From contig OZ244048.1 of assembly GCA_965215265.1 (NCBI GenBank), forward strand, positions 1,248,001 through 1,312,000: a DNA stretch of 64,000 nucleotides, read 5' to 3'. The notes under the pieces were generated by a model, which saw nothing but the letters and a program-made list of their open reading frames with translations, did no database searches and had not been told where the DNA came from. This stretch comes from Candidatus Poribacteria bacterium (lineage in GTDB: Bacteria; Poribacteria; WGA-4E; WGA-3G). Shown here piece after piece: positions 49,954-60,752 of this stretch (within the stretch, counting starts at the first letter, position 1; every line of letters starts with the position of its first letter). The position numbers and the translations under genes were made by a program.

Positions 49954-51909
49954 CTATATGCTTAGTTTTTCCACTTTCCTGTTCCCAATTGCTAAGCCGT
50001 AGATTTCTCTAGTGACAATAATCGCCGTGAACATACTGGCGAGAATACCTATACCGAGTGTAATCGCGAACCCCTTGATAGGCCCAGTACCGAAATGATA
50101 CAGCACGAGTGCCGTAAAAAATGTCGTCAGATTCGCATCCAAAATCGTCAGAAACGCACGTTGATAGCCGTTGGTAATCGCGTCCCAGACCAGCTTCCCC
50201 GAACGCAACTCCTCCCGAATCCGCTCGAAGATGAGGACGTTAGCATCAACAGACATCCCGATAGTCAGTACCAGGCCTGCTATGCCGGGAAGTGTTAGCG
50301 CTGCACCGAAACCTGCCAAGGCACCCAGAATAATCAGCATATTAAACACAAGGGCAATAATCGCAATGAGTCCAGATAGCCTATAGTAAAATAGCATAAA
50401 TAATAGGACAACACCCAGGCCGATCACGGCAGCGGTAATTCCGTCGTCAATAGATTCCTGACCCAAGGTCGGCCCCACAGTCCGCTCTTCAGCAATTTGG
50501 ACGCCGACGGGAAAAGCACCTGCCTTCAGAATGTTCGACAGATAGCTCGCCTCATCAAACGTGAAATTTCCTTCAATTATCGCATTCCCGACAATCTGGT
50601 CTTGGATAATAGGCGCAGATTGAATTTTGCCATCAAGAAGAATCGCTAAATGTTCACCAACGTGGTTCCCTGTAATCTCAGCAAACTTACGGGTACCGCT
50701 GCTATCAAAACTCATTGAGACGACAATGTCAAAACTAGTTCTCCCTGCCGACGGCCTCGCGTCTGTAATCCGGTCGCCAGTTAATAAAATAGGACTTTGC
50801 AAAACATACCAGTCGCCAGTTTCATAATGATACCCGATTTCACTCCCATCAGGAATTGTGTCTGGCGGTGCACTATCAGCTCTGCCGCTCCATAAACTCC
50901 CACCTGTCGGGGATTTTTCCACTACCTTAAATTCTAAACGCCCCATCGTCCTCACAATTTGGAGCGGTGCTGAAGAGTCTTTCGCACCGGGTAATTCGAC
51001 AATGATGCGCGGACTATTCGCCTCACGCCGGATAGATGGTTCGGAAACGCCGAACGCATCAACACGATTCCGCAAAACGATAAGGACCTGTTCAATAGCC
51101 TGCTCGCTATATTTCTCAATACCAGACTCGCCCAACCGCACTTGATAGGTGACTTGCGTTCCGGAATCCGCAATTACGGTTGTATCTTCAAAAAAATCTA
51201 ACTCGTTTAGCAGCTGCTCTGCTTTCTTCAGGTATGTCTGCTTGCCTGCAGCATCTGACCGGAGACGCGAAGGGATACCTACGAACACCTTCAATGCACC
51301 TTCGGCAGTTACTGGTTCCACGTCCCTGCATAACACCTCTTCTGCTCTCAACGTCTCTGGAATCGAGAGCCTATGTTCGCGGAGCAGCTCCCGCTTTGAG
51401 GTCTCTAAATCTACCTCAAGCACCAGATGAACTCCACCCTTCAAATCTAAGCCTAACTTTAAACGGTTATCCGGTAGCAGTCGCCGCAGCATTGTGGGAA
51501 GGCTGCCATATAGGTGTAAGTTTTCCAGCGTTTCGTGCGGGGTTTCCCGGGCTCCATCCGAGAGGAGCCGGACATAAAATTCATGAACCTCGGTCGTATC
51601 AAATTGATAATCAACGTTCTCTTCAAATTCAAGTTTGTTCAAATGAACTCGGAAAACATCTTCCAGATTATGAATCGCGTCCTGAAAGTTAATGCCCTCA
51701 GGATAGGTAACTTCTGATAGGTCCACCTTGAAAGCAACAGTGTCATCCTCTTCACTTATCTCAAAATTCGGCAGTTTTTCCTGCATCCAAAGCGGTAGAT
51801 TGCCATACAAAGGATTGTAGAGGCCATCCGGTGTCGGAATAAGATATAGGGCTGCAAACAGAAAAACCCCGATAATTAAAACAATTTTCCAGATATTGAA
51901 TGTATACAT
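49954..51909 (-). CDS. secD: Protein translocase subunit SecD
   Basis: LKLGLDLKGG, RNRVDAFGVSEP, VGPTLG, LTLPGIAG..LTIGMSVDANVLIFERIREE. Confidence 0.96.
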   Translation of the reverse strand: MYTFNIWKIVLIIGVFLFAALYLIPTPDGLYNPLYGNLPLWMQEKLPNFEISEEDDTVAFKVDLSEVTYPEGINFQDAIHNLEDVFRVHLNKLEFEENVDYQFDTTEVHEFYVRLLSDGARETPHETLENLHLYGSLPTMLRRLLPDNRLKLGLDLKGGVHLVLEVDLETSKRELLREHRLSIPETLRAEEVLCRDVEPVTAEGALKVFVGIPSRLRSDAAGKQTYLKKAEQLLNELDFFEDTTVIADSGTQVTYQVRLGESGIEKYSEQAIEQVLIVLRNRVDAFGVSEPSIRREANSPRIIVELPGAKDSSAPLQIVRTMGRLEFKVVEKSPTGGSLWSGRADSAPPDTIPDGSEIGYHYETGDWYVLQSPILLTGDRITDARPSAGRTSFDIVVSMSFDSSGTRKFAEITGNHVGEHLAILLDGKIQSAPIIQDQIVGNAIIEGNFTFDEASYLSNILKAGAFPVGVQIAEERTVGPTLGQESIDDGITAAVIGLGVVLLFMLFYYRLSGLIAIIALVFNMLIILGALAGFGAALTLPGIAGLVLTIGMSVDANVLIFERIREELRSGKLVWDAITNGYQRAFLTILDANLTTFFTALVLYHFGTGPIKGFAITLGIGILASMFTAIIVTREIYGLAIGNRKVEKLSI

Positions 51910-51937
51910 CAATTCTTCCTATACTGAAACGATTATG

Positions 51938-52010
51938 CGCGCCTGGGAGGAATCGAACCCCCGACACGAGGCTTAGGAAGCCCCTGCTCTATCCGCTGAG
52001 CTACAGGCGC
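51938..52010 (-). tRNA. tRNA-Arg (anticodon CCT), CCA not fully encoded
   Basis: GCGCCTG acceptor stem, TAGCTCAGCGGATAGAGC D arm, GGGGC-TTCCTAA-GCCTC anticodon arm, GGTTCGATTCC T arm. Confidence 0.95.
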
Positions 52011-52036
52011 ATGTATTTCTGTCTATAAAGCAGTAC

Positions 52037-52588
52037 TTAAAATTCAAGAAGCGAGAAAACCACATCCGTGCTCAACTTGGCTCGCCCGTTGAGTGCTGTC
52101 AACTCAATTAACAACGCCACCCCCACTAATTCACCCTCCAGTTTCTTGACGAGTTCGATCGACGCAGCAAGCGTACCGCCTGTTGCCAACACATCGTCAC
52201 AGATGAGAACCCGGCTCTGCTTCGGAAACGCATCTTGGTGAATGGCAAGCGTATCCGTCCCATACTCCAAGTCGTAACTAACTTCGTGCGTTTCCCACGG
52301 CAGCTTCCCTTTTTTACGGATTGGCACAAAACCAACCCCTAACCGGTATGCCAAAGCACCGGCGAGAATGAAGCCGCGCGCATCAATGCCAACAATCACG
52401 TCGATCGCATGAGATTCATACGCCGCCGCCAATACCTCAATGGCATCACGAAGTGCCGTTTTATTTCCTAAAAGCGGCGTAATGTCTTTGAATAAGATAC
52501 CAGGCTCCGGAAAATCAGGAACATTCCGAATAAATTGTGAAACCGTCTTACAAACTGAGAGTCTATCTGAGAAATCTGGCATACGCAT
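52037..52588 (-). CDS. apt: Adenine phosphoribosyltransferase
   Basis: PDFPEPGILFKDITPLL, ARGF, RKKGKLP, LEYG, DDVLATGGT. Confidence 0.96.
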   Translation of the reverse strand: MRMPDFSDRLSVCKTVSQFIRNVPDFPEPGILFKDITPLLGNKTALRDAIEVLAAAYESHAIDVIVGIDARGFILAGALAYRLGVGFVPIRKKGKLPWETHEVSYDLEYGTDTLAIHQDAFPKQSRVLICDDVLATGGTLAASIELVKKLEGELVGVALLIELTALNGRAKLSTDVVFSLLEF

Positions 52589-52589
52589 T

Positions 52590-53645
52590 TTATCCTTCCT
52601 GCTGTCCGTTTGGATGAATCATAATCTTCATGCCTTTTCGCGATTTCATCGTCTCAAACGCCTTTTCAATTTCAACAAGTCCGAAGTGGTGCGTGATGAG
52701 TGGACGCACGCGCACAAGTCCTTTTTCGAGCAGCCGTACTGCCAATTCATGATGACGTGGAACACAGCCATGGGAACCTGTTACAAAGCACTCTTTGTAA
52801 TGGATGGTATTGGACAAAATATTCATGGGACGCGTCGTCTTGGGCAGTCCGCCAAACAGATTGACATAACCCCGGTGTGCTACCATCTCAACCGCTTGTT
52901 CATGTGCTTTAACCGACGCACACGTCGTCACAACGATGTCTGGCCCTGCACCCCCGGTCTCTTCACGGCAACGTTCGACTACGTCCTCTTCTTCAGAGGC
53001 GATATAGGTGTCTGCTTCATAAAACTTCGCGATTTCCATCCGCAGTTTGCTACGTTGCACCCCGATAACCTGCGTTGCGCCCATTAACCGTGCCAGATCG
53101 ATCATCATACATCCGATCGGACCTAACCCGATAATAACAACCTTTTTGCCCAAGGACATGTTGACTAATTCAAGTCCATTAATCGCACAGCCAAGCGGTT
53201 CAGCAAGTGCTGCCTCGTCAAAACTCAGCGACATCTCGAACGGCGTAACCGGACCTTCCTCCAAAACCAGACGCGGAAGTTTCATATATTGTGCAAAAGC
53301 ACCAGGGATCTGGTAACCGATGGCGTAGTTAATAGCACAGTTGTTCCCGATGCCGTTCCGGCACCAGTGGCACTGACCGCATGGCACATCTGCCCCGATT
53401 GAAACCCGGTCTCCTTCCTGAACACGCGTTACGTTCTTACCCGTTTTCACAATCACACCGGAATTTTCATGCCCAATGATTGTAGGCGGCTTGACGCGCG
53501 GATTGCCATGATGCAGGATGCGCACATCTGAACCACAAATACTCACAGATTCAACACGCATCAAAGCCGAATCATCGTCAATCGCCGGATCCGGAACCTC
53601 TTTGACACTTAAATTTTCAAGGTTTTCAAGTATAGCCGCTTTCAT
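52590..53645 (-). CDS. Zn-dependent alcohol/polyol dehydrogenase (L-iditol DH-like)
   Basis: ICGSD, GHE, CGQCHWC..G..N.C, GLGPIG. Confidence 0.88.
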   Translation of the reverse strand: MKAAILENLENLSVKEVPDPAIDDDSALMRVESVSICGSDVRILHHGNPRVKPPTIIGHENSGVIVKTGKNVTRVQEGDRVSIGADVPCGQCHWCRNGIGNNCAINYAIGYQIPGAFAQYMKLPRLVLEEGPVTPFEMSLSFDEAALAEPLGCAINGLELVNMSLGKKVVIIGLGPIGCMMIDLARLMGATQVIGVQRSKLRMEIAKFYEADTYIASEEEDVVERCREETGGAGPDIVVTTCASVKAHEQAVEMVAHRGYVNLFGGLPKTTRPMNILSNTIHYKECFVTGSHGCVPRHHELAVRLLEKGLVRVRPLITHHFGLVEIEKAFETMKSRKGMKIMIHPNGQQEG

Positions 53646-53715
53646 CGTTTCCCTCTTTCCGTTTTCGTTTGTATGCTGGCACAGCAAAAAATAGCCCACC
53701 GCGTAACAGCTGAGC

Positions 53716-54783
53716 TCAAGGATGAATCAATACCTTGGCGTAAAATTCGCCTTTATCCCTCATCTTATGCAACATTTCTGTGCTATCTACCAACGGGACG
53801 CGATGCGTAATTAAAGGCGAGAGTATCAACTGCCCAGAGGCCATTGAGGCAAGCACGGCACGCCAATCATCGTCATTGCCGGCTGCACTGTAATCAGAAT
53901 TCCATGTACCAAAGAGGTTCAACTCGCGTCGCATTATCTGAGAAAGAAGCGATGCTGGGAACGTCACATCGGCAATCGGATTTCCGAGAAAAACGACGCT
54001 GCCACCATGCCCGACACAGCCAAGTGCCTGGCAATAGGTAGCCGGCACGCCTGCGGCTTCAATTGCCACGTGCGCGCCCTTACTGTCCGTCTGCTCGTTG
54101 ACGATATCAATCGCCTCGTGCCCGGCCGTTATGCTGTTAAAGGCACGTTCGAATCCTAATTGCTTTGCTAATTCAAGTTTCTCTGCAATAATATCAAAGA
54201 GAATAACGGTTGGTGCGCCCATTATCCGTGCCCACTGTGCCACCATCAATCCGATTGGACCAGCGCCGAAGATTACCACTGTTTTGCCCACGAGTGAATT
54301 GGACACACGGCGCAACGCATGCAGGGCTACCGCTGCGGGCTCTGTCATCGCCGCCTTTTCTAGTGATACCCCGACCGGTACACGAATTAAATTCTCCACC
54401 GGGGCTACCACGAACTCAGCAAACGCACCATCACTGCGTGAACCCAGGTAGTCGTAATCATCGCATTGCACATATTTCGCTTGTTCACAAGCACGACAAT
54501 TCCCACACCACAACAGCGGAAAGACAACAACCGCGTCACCCGGCGAAAATCCGTTAACCCCGGGACCACAAGCATCAACAATCCCAGCGAACTCGTGCCC
54601 GCATATAGTCGGAAAACTATAAGTCCCTTTCGAAAAAATACGTGGTATATCCGAACCGCATACCCCACAGAAACCGACGCGAACACGCACCTCACCCTGC
54701 GAAACCGCCGGAACAGGGAGCTGTTCCAACCTCAGATCACCGAGCCCGTGTAGAACCAGTGCTGCCATCTCACTCTCTGTCAT
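53716..54783 (-). CDS. Galactitol-1-phosphate 5-dehydrogenase-like Zn dehydrogenase
   Basis: VCGSDIPR, GHEF, CGNCRAC, YLGSRSDGAFAE, GAGPIG, GTWNS. Confidence 0.85.
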   Translation of the reverse strand: MTESEMAALVLHGLGDLRLEQLPVPAVSQGEVRVRVGFCGVCGSDIPRIFSKGTYSFPTICGHEFAGIVDACGPGVNGFSPGDAVVVFPLLWCGNCRACEQAKYVQCDDYDYLGSRSDGAFAEFVVAPVENLIRVPVGVSLEKAAMTEPAAVALHALRRVSNSLVGKTVVIFGAGPIGLMVAQWARIMGAPTVILFDIIAEKLELAKQLGFERAFNSITAGHEAIDIVNEQTDSKGAHVAIEAAGVPATYCQALGCVGHGGSVVFLGNPIADVTFPASLLSQIMRRELNLFGTWNSDYSAAGNDDDWRAVLASMASGQLILSPLITHRVPLVDSTEMLHKMRDKGEFYAKVLIHP

Positions 54784-55495
54784 TATGTCCTTTTTTCTGC
54801 AAACCTTTTTCAATAGCGTGCTGAATCCGAGCAATGTTTTCTGAGCGAGAACCCGTTTTATGAAAGACGCTACTCGTACCGCCCACGAGGATATTCGCAC
54901 CCGCTTCAATCATTTTAGGGATGTTATTAAAACTCACGTTGCCGTCAACTTCAATCGGAACAGAGAGGCCCCGCTTATCTAAAAATTCACGGCACCCCGA
55001 AATCTTACGCAGGGCAGCCGGAACCAATTGCTGGCCTGCAAATCCCGGATTCACCGTCATAATCAGTACAAAATCGAGACGTTCGACGACATAACCTAAG
55101 GTAGAGAAGGGGGTGGCAGGATTGAGCGCAGCACCTGCCCTGATACCGTTGGCCTGGATAACCGACAGCGTCCTATCCAGATGTCTCGCCGATTCTACAT
55201 GAACTGCGATTTGCTGCACGCCAATCTTTGTAACCGCATCCACAAAGAAATCATTGTGTTCCACCATCAAGTGAACGTCAAAGGCGGATGTCGTCTTCGC
55301 ACGGAGCTGCTCAAGCAGCGCCAATCCTATCGGCATATTGGGAACGAAGTGCGCATCCATCAAATCGAAGTGGAACAGGTCAATTCCGCACGATTCCAAT
55401 GAACGAATATCTGCCTCAAGGTTACATAAATCCGCGCACATTACAGACGGCGCAATCTGAATCTTTTCTTCTACTGACAGCAAAAAAATCTCCAA
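54770..55495 (-). CDS. Ribulose-phosphate 3-epimerase family (Rpe/AlsE)
   Basis: APSVMCAD, HFDLMDAHFVPN, DVHLM, MTVNPGFAGQ, EVDG. Confidence 0.9.
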   Translation of the reverse strand: MEIFLLSVEEKIQIAPSVMCADLCNLEADIRSLESCGIDLFHFDLMDAHFVPNMPIGLALLEQLRAKTTSAFDVHLMVEHNDFFVDAVTKIGVQQIAVHVESARHLDRTLSVIQANGIRAGAALNPATPFSTLGYVVERLDFVLIMTVNPGFAGQQLVPAALRKISGCREFLDKRGLSVPIEVDGNVSFNNIPKMIEAGANILVGGTSSVFHKTGSRSENIARIQHAIEKGLQKKGHNDRE

Positions 55496-55580
55496 TCTGC
55501 TTGAAGTTGCTTAATTAGTATACCATTAAATGCAGCATTTGTCAAATTTTTGCTGGGCAGTACATGGGCAGCTTTTAACG

Positions 55581-56642
55581 CTATCCTCTCGTGCTCAGCT
55601 TATGGGACAAAGTACCCCTAAGCTGAGAATAAAGGTCGGCCGGCGGATCAAAGGGGATGTTGATCGGTTGGTGAGAGATTGTGCTAGCATAGATGCCCAA
55701 AACGGCATTCCATTGGTGTAATGCACGCTTCAGATGGGTGCCGGCCGGGCGGTTATCATCTTCAAGCCAGTCAAACATTGCATTGGTAAGTGCCGCTTGG
55801 GCTGAGTCGTTGCTTTTTACACGGGCCTCCTCTGTCTGAAACATCGGCGGACCGTACTCACTTACCTTCCTGGTTGCAATGCCCCAGTCCCCAAATTCCT
55901 CATAGAAAACCATTCCGTCTTCGCCATAGGCGGCAATACGGCAGTGCTTATAACTCTCCGGATCGGTTGTCACACGAGGGGCAGTTGTTCCAGTGTTCCA
56001 CTGTCCATGCACGCCGTTTTCAAACAGTACCTGACAAGTGGTGCTCTCTGGTGCTGGATACGGTCCATCCAGAGATGCTGCACCACTGGCGTTCCCAAAA
56101 ACCCTAACTACGTGAGCATCATCATTGAGACACATTGCCCAATCAATGATATGGGTGCCTTGCGCAGCGAGATTCATACCACATGAGAAATCTAAAAACA
56201 GCAGTTTGCCCAGGTACCCGTATTCCACTGTTTTACGACAACGTATCAAGTGTGGATGCCAGCGGAATTGCTTACCTACAGCGAATTTCGTAGCAGTTTC
56301 GGCCTCCAATTCACACAGCATCCGCCAATCGGCTACCCCGCAAGCGATAGGCTTCTCAACGATACACCCCGGCACCTGCAATTCAGAGACCATGGGCATC
56401 AATTCACCCCACTGGTCAGGCATCGTAACAAGGTGTACCAAGTCCGGTTGCTCCGTGCGAATCATCTGTTCGGCATTCGCGTAACTTGTAATCCCGAAAG
56501 TTTCAGCGAATTTTGCACGTCGTTCCTCATCCGAACGGTTGGCACATCCAACCAGCTCGCCTCGATAAACATGTTTATAGGCGTTCGCGTGCCTATATGC
56601 TCTACTTCCACATCCTATGATAGCACATCGGTATTTTCGCAT
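55581..56642 (-). CDS. Gfo/Idh/MocA family oxidoreductase
   Basis: AIIGCG, EKPIA, GTH.ID. Confidence 0.85.
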   Translation of the reverse strand: MRKYRCAIIGCGSRAYRHANAYKHVYRGELVGCANRSDEERRAKFAETFGITSYANAEQMIRTEQPDLVHLVTMPDQWGELMPMVSELQVPGCIVEKPIACGVADWRMLCELEAETATKFAVGKQFRWHPHLIRCRKTVEYGYLGKLLFLDFSCGMNLAAQGTHIIDWAMCLNDDAHVVRVFGNASGAASLDGPYPAPESTTCQVLFENGVHGQWNTGTTAPRVTTDPESYKHCRIAAYGEDGMVFYEEFGDWGIATRKVSEYGPPMFQTEEARVKSNDSAQAALTNAMFDWLEDDNRPAGTHLKRALHQWNAVLGIYASTISHQPINIPFDPPADLYSQLRGTLSHKLSTRG

Positions 56643-56645
56643 ATT

Positions 56646-57368
56646 TTAAATACCTGACTTTTCAACCATCTGCCTGACGGTGTTCACGGATGCCTGCAAA
56701 CATGCCTTTCCATGAGGGACAGTTGCATCGCGCGGATCTTCGCCTCCGACCCCTTGGGGCCAAACCGACCGGTCCGATGAAAGTTGAGAAAGATCTACTA
56801 GCTCCTCTCGCAGTGCCATCACGCAGGCGGTTTCATTTTTGGCTGCGTGGTCCATCTGCGTCTGCCAAAAACCGTGAAATTCAGGCGTGACACCTAACAG
56901 TTTAAGACCGAAACGGGCTTCACGCTCCGAAAGGTTCCTTGTCCAAGAATGCCGCGACGGACCGTGCCCATCCGCAAACACGCCCTGAAACCCGGCACGT
57001 TTAAGTTGTTCTAGAATCACGTCGATTAACTGCAGGAAAAACCCGTCTGAAACCCAATAGCAACTTCCATCTAGCTGCCGGGGCGGGGTGGTTACGTCCG
57101 CGTAATCCATCCCTTGCAATTGCTTGCCCTCTACCGAAAGACGCGAACGATCCGGCCCCAAGTGAATCGGCGGCATGACAATACCGCCGAACTGCCGTGC
57201 GCATTGAACCATCACGCCCTCACTTATAATCGCATCAGAACCGAGGGGTAGATGTTCACCATGCCATTCAAGCGTGCCCAAGGGTAAATAAGCGAGCGGA
57301 CACGCAGCAAGCCGAGAACGAAACTCATGAGGTAATAGTTCAGTGTAATGCACTTTATCTGTATTCAT
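56646..57368 (-). CDS. Creatininase family amidohydrolase
   Basis: LPLGTLEWHGEHLPLGSD, GHG, DHA...ET. Confidence 0.88.
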   Translation of the reverse strand: MNTDKVHYTELLPHEFRSRLAACPLAYLPLGTLEWHGEHLPLGSDAIISEGVMVQCARQFGGIVMPPIHLGPDRSRLSVEGKQLQGMDYADVTTPPRQLDGSCYWVSDGFFLQLIDVILEQLKRAGFQGVFADGHGPSRHSWTRNLSEREARFGLKLLGVTPEFHGFWQTQMDHAAKNETACVMALREELVDLSQLSSDRSVWPQGVGGEDPRDATVPHGKACLQASVNTVRQMVEKSGI

Positions 57369-57379
57369 AACAATTCCAA

Positions 57380-58220
57380 CTAATGCGCTGATTTAATCCT
57401 GCCCCACACTGACGTTAATCTACCTTCCGGAGATACAGAGGTAAAGCCGAAAATTTTACCTAATCCGTCGTTCATGATTTCGTTAATATCGGCCTCAGTT
57501 AACGCTGTGTTAAAGATAGCAACATCGTCCATGAGCCCCCACCCTGGGCGCTGGTCCGGCATCCCCCCGATATGCAGGTTTTGCCCCGATAATCCAAAAA
57601 CGCCACCTGTTTTTGCTTGCGCGTCAACCTTCCCATCAACGTAAGCTATCATCTCTTCACCATCGTAGGTGAAAGCGATGTGATGCCACTTGTCGTCATT
57701 CACAAGCGTCGGGCCAGAAACCCATGACGGTGCGAGCTGCCCGCTGCCAATCTCTACCTTGCCGTGTCCGCCCCCCCCTACCGGGCCCGAAAATATTCAA
57801 CAGGCAGGTATACATGAAATTGATGATGGCGTGGTCGTCGTTACAACAGCCACCAAGCACAACCTTATCTTTTTTCTGTAGCTTAACCCAGGTCGTAGTG
57901 GTGTACGCTTCCGCGCAGCTATCCAAACTCTTTGAGGTTTCAACCCGGGCATGTTGGAATTCCTTATCACCTGACAGGCTTAACGCCTTTTCAAATTTCC
58001 CATCATCTACCAATTCTGCACCCTTTATCAGCTCGGCATCGTTCCCATTGTCTGATGAATCAGGGGACATATCTCTGTTATCAACTTCATCAAAGAGCCA
58101 TACGCCAACCAGATTATCCGTATCAATTGCCGCACCGCTCACCCCTATGAATATCACCGCAATAGCGATAAAACAGGTTACCGCCAAAAAAGATAATTTC
58201 TGCACAGTAATTTCCCTCAT
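57380..58220 (-). pseudogene. LamG/ConA-like secreted protein, frameshifted at G8 tract (57771-57778)
   Basis: G7 gives FGPGRGGGHGKVEIGSG...VNDDKWHH, collinear with paralog 62774-63586. Confidence 0.8.
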
Positions 58221-58592
58221 CGTTTTAAAATATACGGTTATTCTACATGAGCGTGATGAGTGCCTATGTTATGAACCGAAAACCAGGAACACAATCACAC
58301 CCAAAATTATATAGAAAAATAGGATAGGTTTCATCACGTATCTCTTTACGTTCAGTTCAAAAAAACTTGAGAAAACAAGACGGCAATGCTATTATATACT
58401 GCAGATGTCGCAAGTCCTGCTCTGATTAATAAAGTTTAACGTATCAAACCTTTTTTGTCAAGAAATTTGGGATTCCCTGGGGAGGCGCGCTAAAATCCTG
58501 GAGGGCAGGTTTGCTCCGGTTAACCTGATTGTAAATAGATAAAAGGTAGGAGCGATTTACCGTGAAATGGCTAATTGTTCTAATAGGTATCG

Positions 58593-60752
58593 TCAGCGTT
58601 TCATGTGCTTTTGCCGCTGCTGATGCAGCATCGCCACAATCGCATCATGTCCATTAGATTCCGCAAGTGTCAATGCTGTGTCCCCCTCTCGGTTTTTCAG
58701 CGTGACATCGGCATCATGGGCAAGCAGCAGCTGCACGATATCAGGATAACCGCGCCACGCTGCATACATCAACGCTGTTTCCCCGACACCGTTTTGTGCA
58801 TCAACAGCCGCGCCCTTCTCAAGCAAACGTCTTGTTATTTCCACGTTGCCGATTTTGTGAGCGACAAAGATAAGGGGCGTGTTCCCTCTTGCATCCGCCA
58901 CATTAACTTCGGCACCGTTCTCAAGCAGGAGCATCACCATATCCGGATAACCTTTCTGGGCAGCGATGAGCAGGGGCGTACGTCTTAACCAATCCGGTGC
59001 GTTCACGTCAGCGTGCCTTGTTTTTATGGAGACATGCGCGCCTTCCACATCTCCCGCCCAGACACTCCTGAGAAACAGATCGGATAACTCAACCATCACG
59101 TGTTCCTTATTTGCTGGGAGATGCTCATACACTTCCATAACTCCACTCGGCCAACGTAACTCTAACCTGTCCACAGTAGTGTTTCCGTCGATACCGAAAA
59201 GCACACGTGCATCTTGGCTACTCATGTAACTCGCCCCCGGCTGCACCTCGCGTATCTGTGTTGTTCCCCCGGTTGTTAAGGTGAGGCGCGTCCCAATTCC
59301 GTCACGATTGCTGATTGTGCCCACCGTTTTTATCCGCACCCAATTCTGACGATTTCCGCCATCGTTTCGGAGTAAAGTTGCATGCCGATTAGACTGCATG
59401 ACAAGAATGTCTGCATCGCCATCGTTATCGTAGTCTGCAAAACTCGCGCCACGGCTTACGCCCATACTCTCAAAATATGCACCTGCACTTCTGGAGATTT
59501 CCTCAAACGTGCCGTCGCCTTTATTGCGAAACAGTTGATCCGGTTGTGCATAAGTCAGAATATCATGCGTCTCTTCAATGTTGTCAATGATGTGCCCATT
59601 CGCAATAAAAATATCAAGCCGGGCATCATTATCTGCATCAAAAAAAAGGGTACCGAATCCAACGTAGAGATAACTCTCTTTTCCGAGATGTGCCTCATAG
59701 ATAACATCCGTAAACGTGCCATCCCCATTGTTGCGATAGAGGACGTTTGTTTCATAGGAGAGATTTGTGACGAAGATATCCAGCAGCCCGTCTCCGTTGT
59801 AATCCCCAGTTGCAGCGCCCATTCCTGCTTGAGCAATGCCATCGAAACTATAAGCAGAACCTGCGAGAAGCGAGATTTCACTGAAAGTACCGTCCCCGTT
59901 GTTGTAAAAAAAATCGTTCCGCGTGTCGTCGTTTGCAACGTAAAGATCCGGTGTGCCATCGTTGTTGAAATCCGCTGAGACTACGCCCAACCCTTTGCCA
60001 TGGAACAAACCGCCGATATTCCCTACCCCTGCTGCTTGAGTGATATCGCTAAACGTCCCATCGCCGTTGTTATGATACAGTCTGTCTGGTGCACCTTCAA
60101 ATAGAGATGGATGGCAATAGGTCACCTTTCCATCTTCCCCGCACGGCCGATAAGAAATATCAAGCGAATACACAAGGTAGTTTACTACAAAAAGATCGAG
60201 GTGCCCGTCCCGGTCATAGTCAAAAAATGTGGCGCTACTGCTCCAGGCCGCGTCACCGACACCTGCCTTGTTTGTCACATCCGTGAACGTCCCGTCCCCG
60301 TTATTCCGATAAAGCACATTAGGACCGAAATTCGTAATGTAGATATCAACGTTGCCATCGTTATCGTAATCCGCGCATGCTACGCCTTGTCCATAGTTAC
60401 CCGAATTGCCTACGCCTGCCGCCGCTGTAATATCTATAAACGTCCCATCTCCTTTATTTTGATAGAACGCGCTGCTCCCAAGGGCAGCTGCATTTTTGAC
60501 AGTTGAATCAGGCCAATACCCGCTGTTCACAAGATAGATGTCCAGGGCCCCGTCATTATTGGCATCAAAGAAGGCACCACCGGCACCGAGCGTCTCAGGT
60601 AGACGGTACGCGCCCGCCGCACCGTTGATATGATGGAAATCAATGCCCGCCGCCGTTGTAACATCAACGAATTGAACGTTTCCGAAACAGAGAGAGGAGA
60701 TTGGACACAAAAGGTAGGAGATTAGCGTCAGAAATCGTGCGCTGTTTATCAT
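58593..60752 (-). CDS. CRTAC1-family FG-GAP/ASPIC-UnbV protein with C-terminal ankyrin repeats
   Basis: DYDNDG repeats, NRDGIG, WPSG, then TPLLIAAQKG, TALMYAAWRG ankyrin motifs. Confidence 0.9.
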   Translation of the reverse strand: MINSARFLTLISYLLCPISSLCFGNVQFVDVTTAAGIDFHHINGAAGAYRLPETLGAGGAFFDANNDGALDIYLVNSGYWPDSTVKNAAALGSSAFYQNKGDGTFIDITAAAGVGNSGNYGQGVACADYDNDGNVDIYITNFGPNVLYRNNGDGTFTDVTNKAGVGDAAWSSSATFFDYDRDGHLDLFVVNYLVYSLDISYRPCGEDGKVTYCHPSLFEGAPDRLYHNNGDGTFSDITQAAGVGNIGGLFHGKGLGVVSADFNNDGTPDLYVANDDTRNDFFYNNGDGTFSEISLLAGSAYSFDGIAQAGMGAATGDYNGDGLLDIFVTNLSYETNVLYRNNGDGTFTDVIYEAHLGKESYLYVGFGTLFFDADNDARLDIFIANGHIIDNIEETHDILTYAQPDQLFRNKGDGTFEEISRSAGAYFESMGVSRGASFADYDNDGDADILVMQSNRHATLLRNDGGNRQNWVRIKTVGTISNRDGIGTRLTLTTGGTTQIREVQPGASYMSSQDARVLFGIDGNTTVDRLELRWPSGVMEVYEHLPANKEHVMVELSDLFLRSVWAGDVEGAHVSIKTRHADVNAPDWLRRTPLLIAAQKGYPDMVMLLLENGAEVNVADARGNTPLIFVAHKIGNVEITRRLLEKGAAVDAQNGVGETALMYAAWRGYPDIVQLLLAHDADVTLKNREGDTALTLAESNGHDAIVAMLHQQRQKHMKR

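Noticed and set aside
39680-52010. tRNA-Arg as the integration site of the R-M island
   Set aside because: secDF and other core-looking genes intervene; no duplicated tRNA 3' end or integrase seen.
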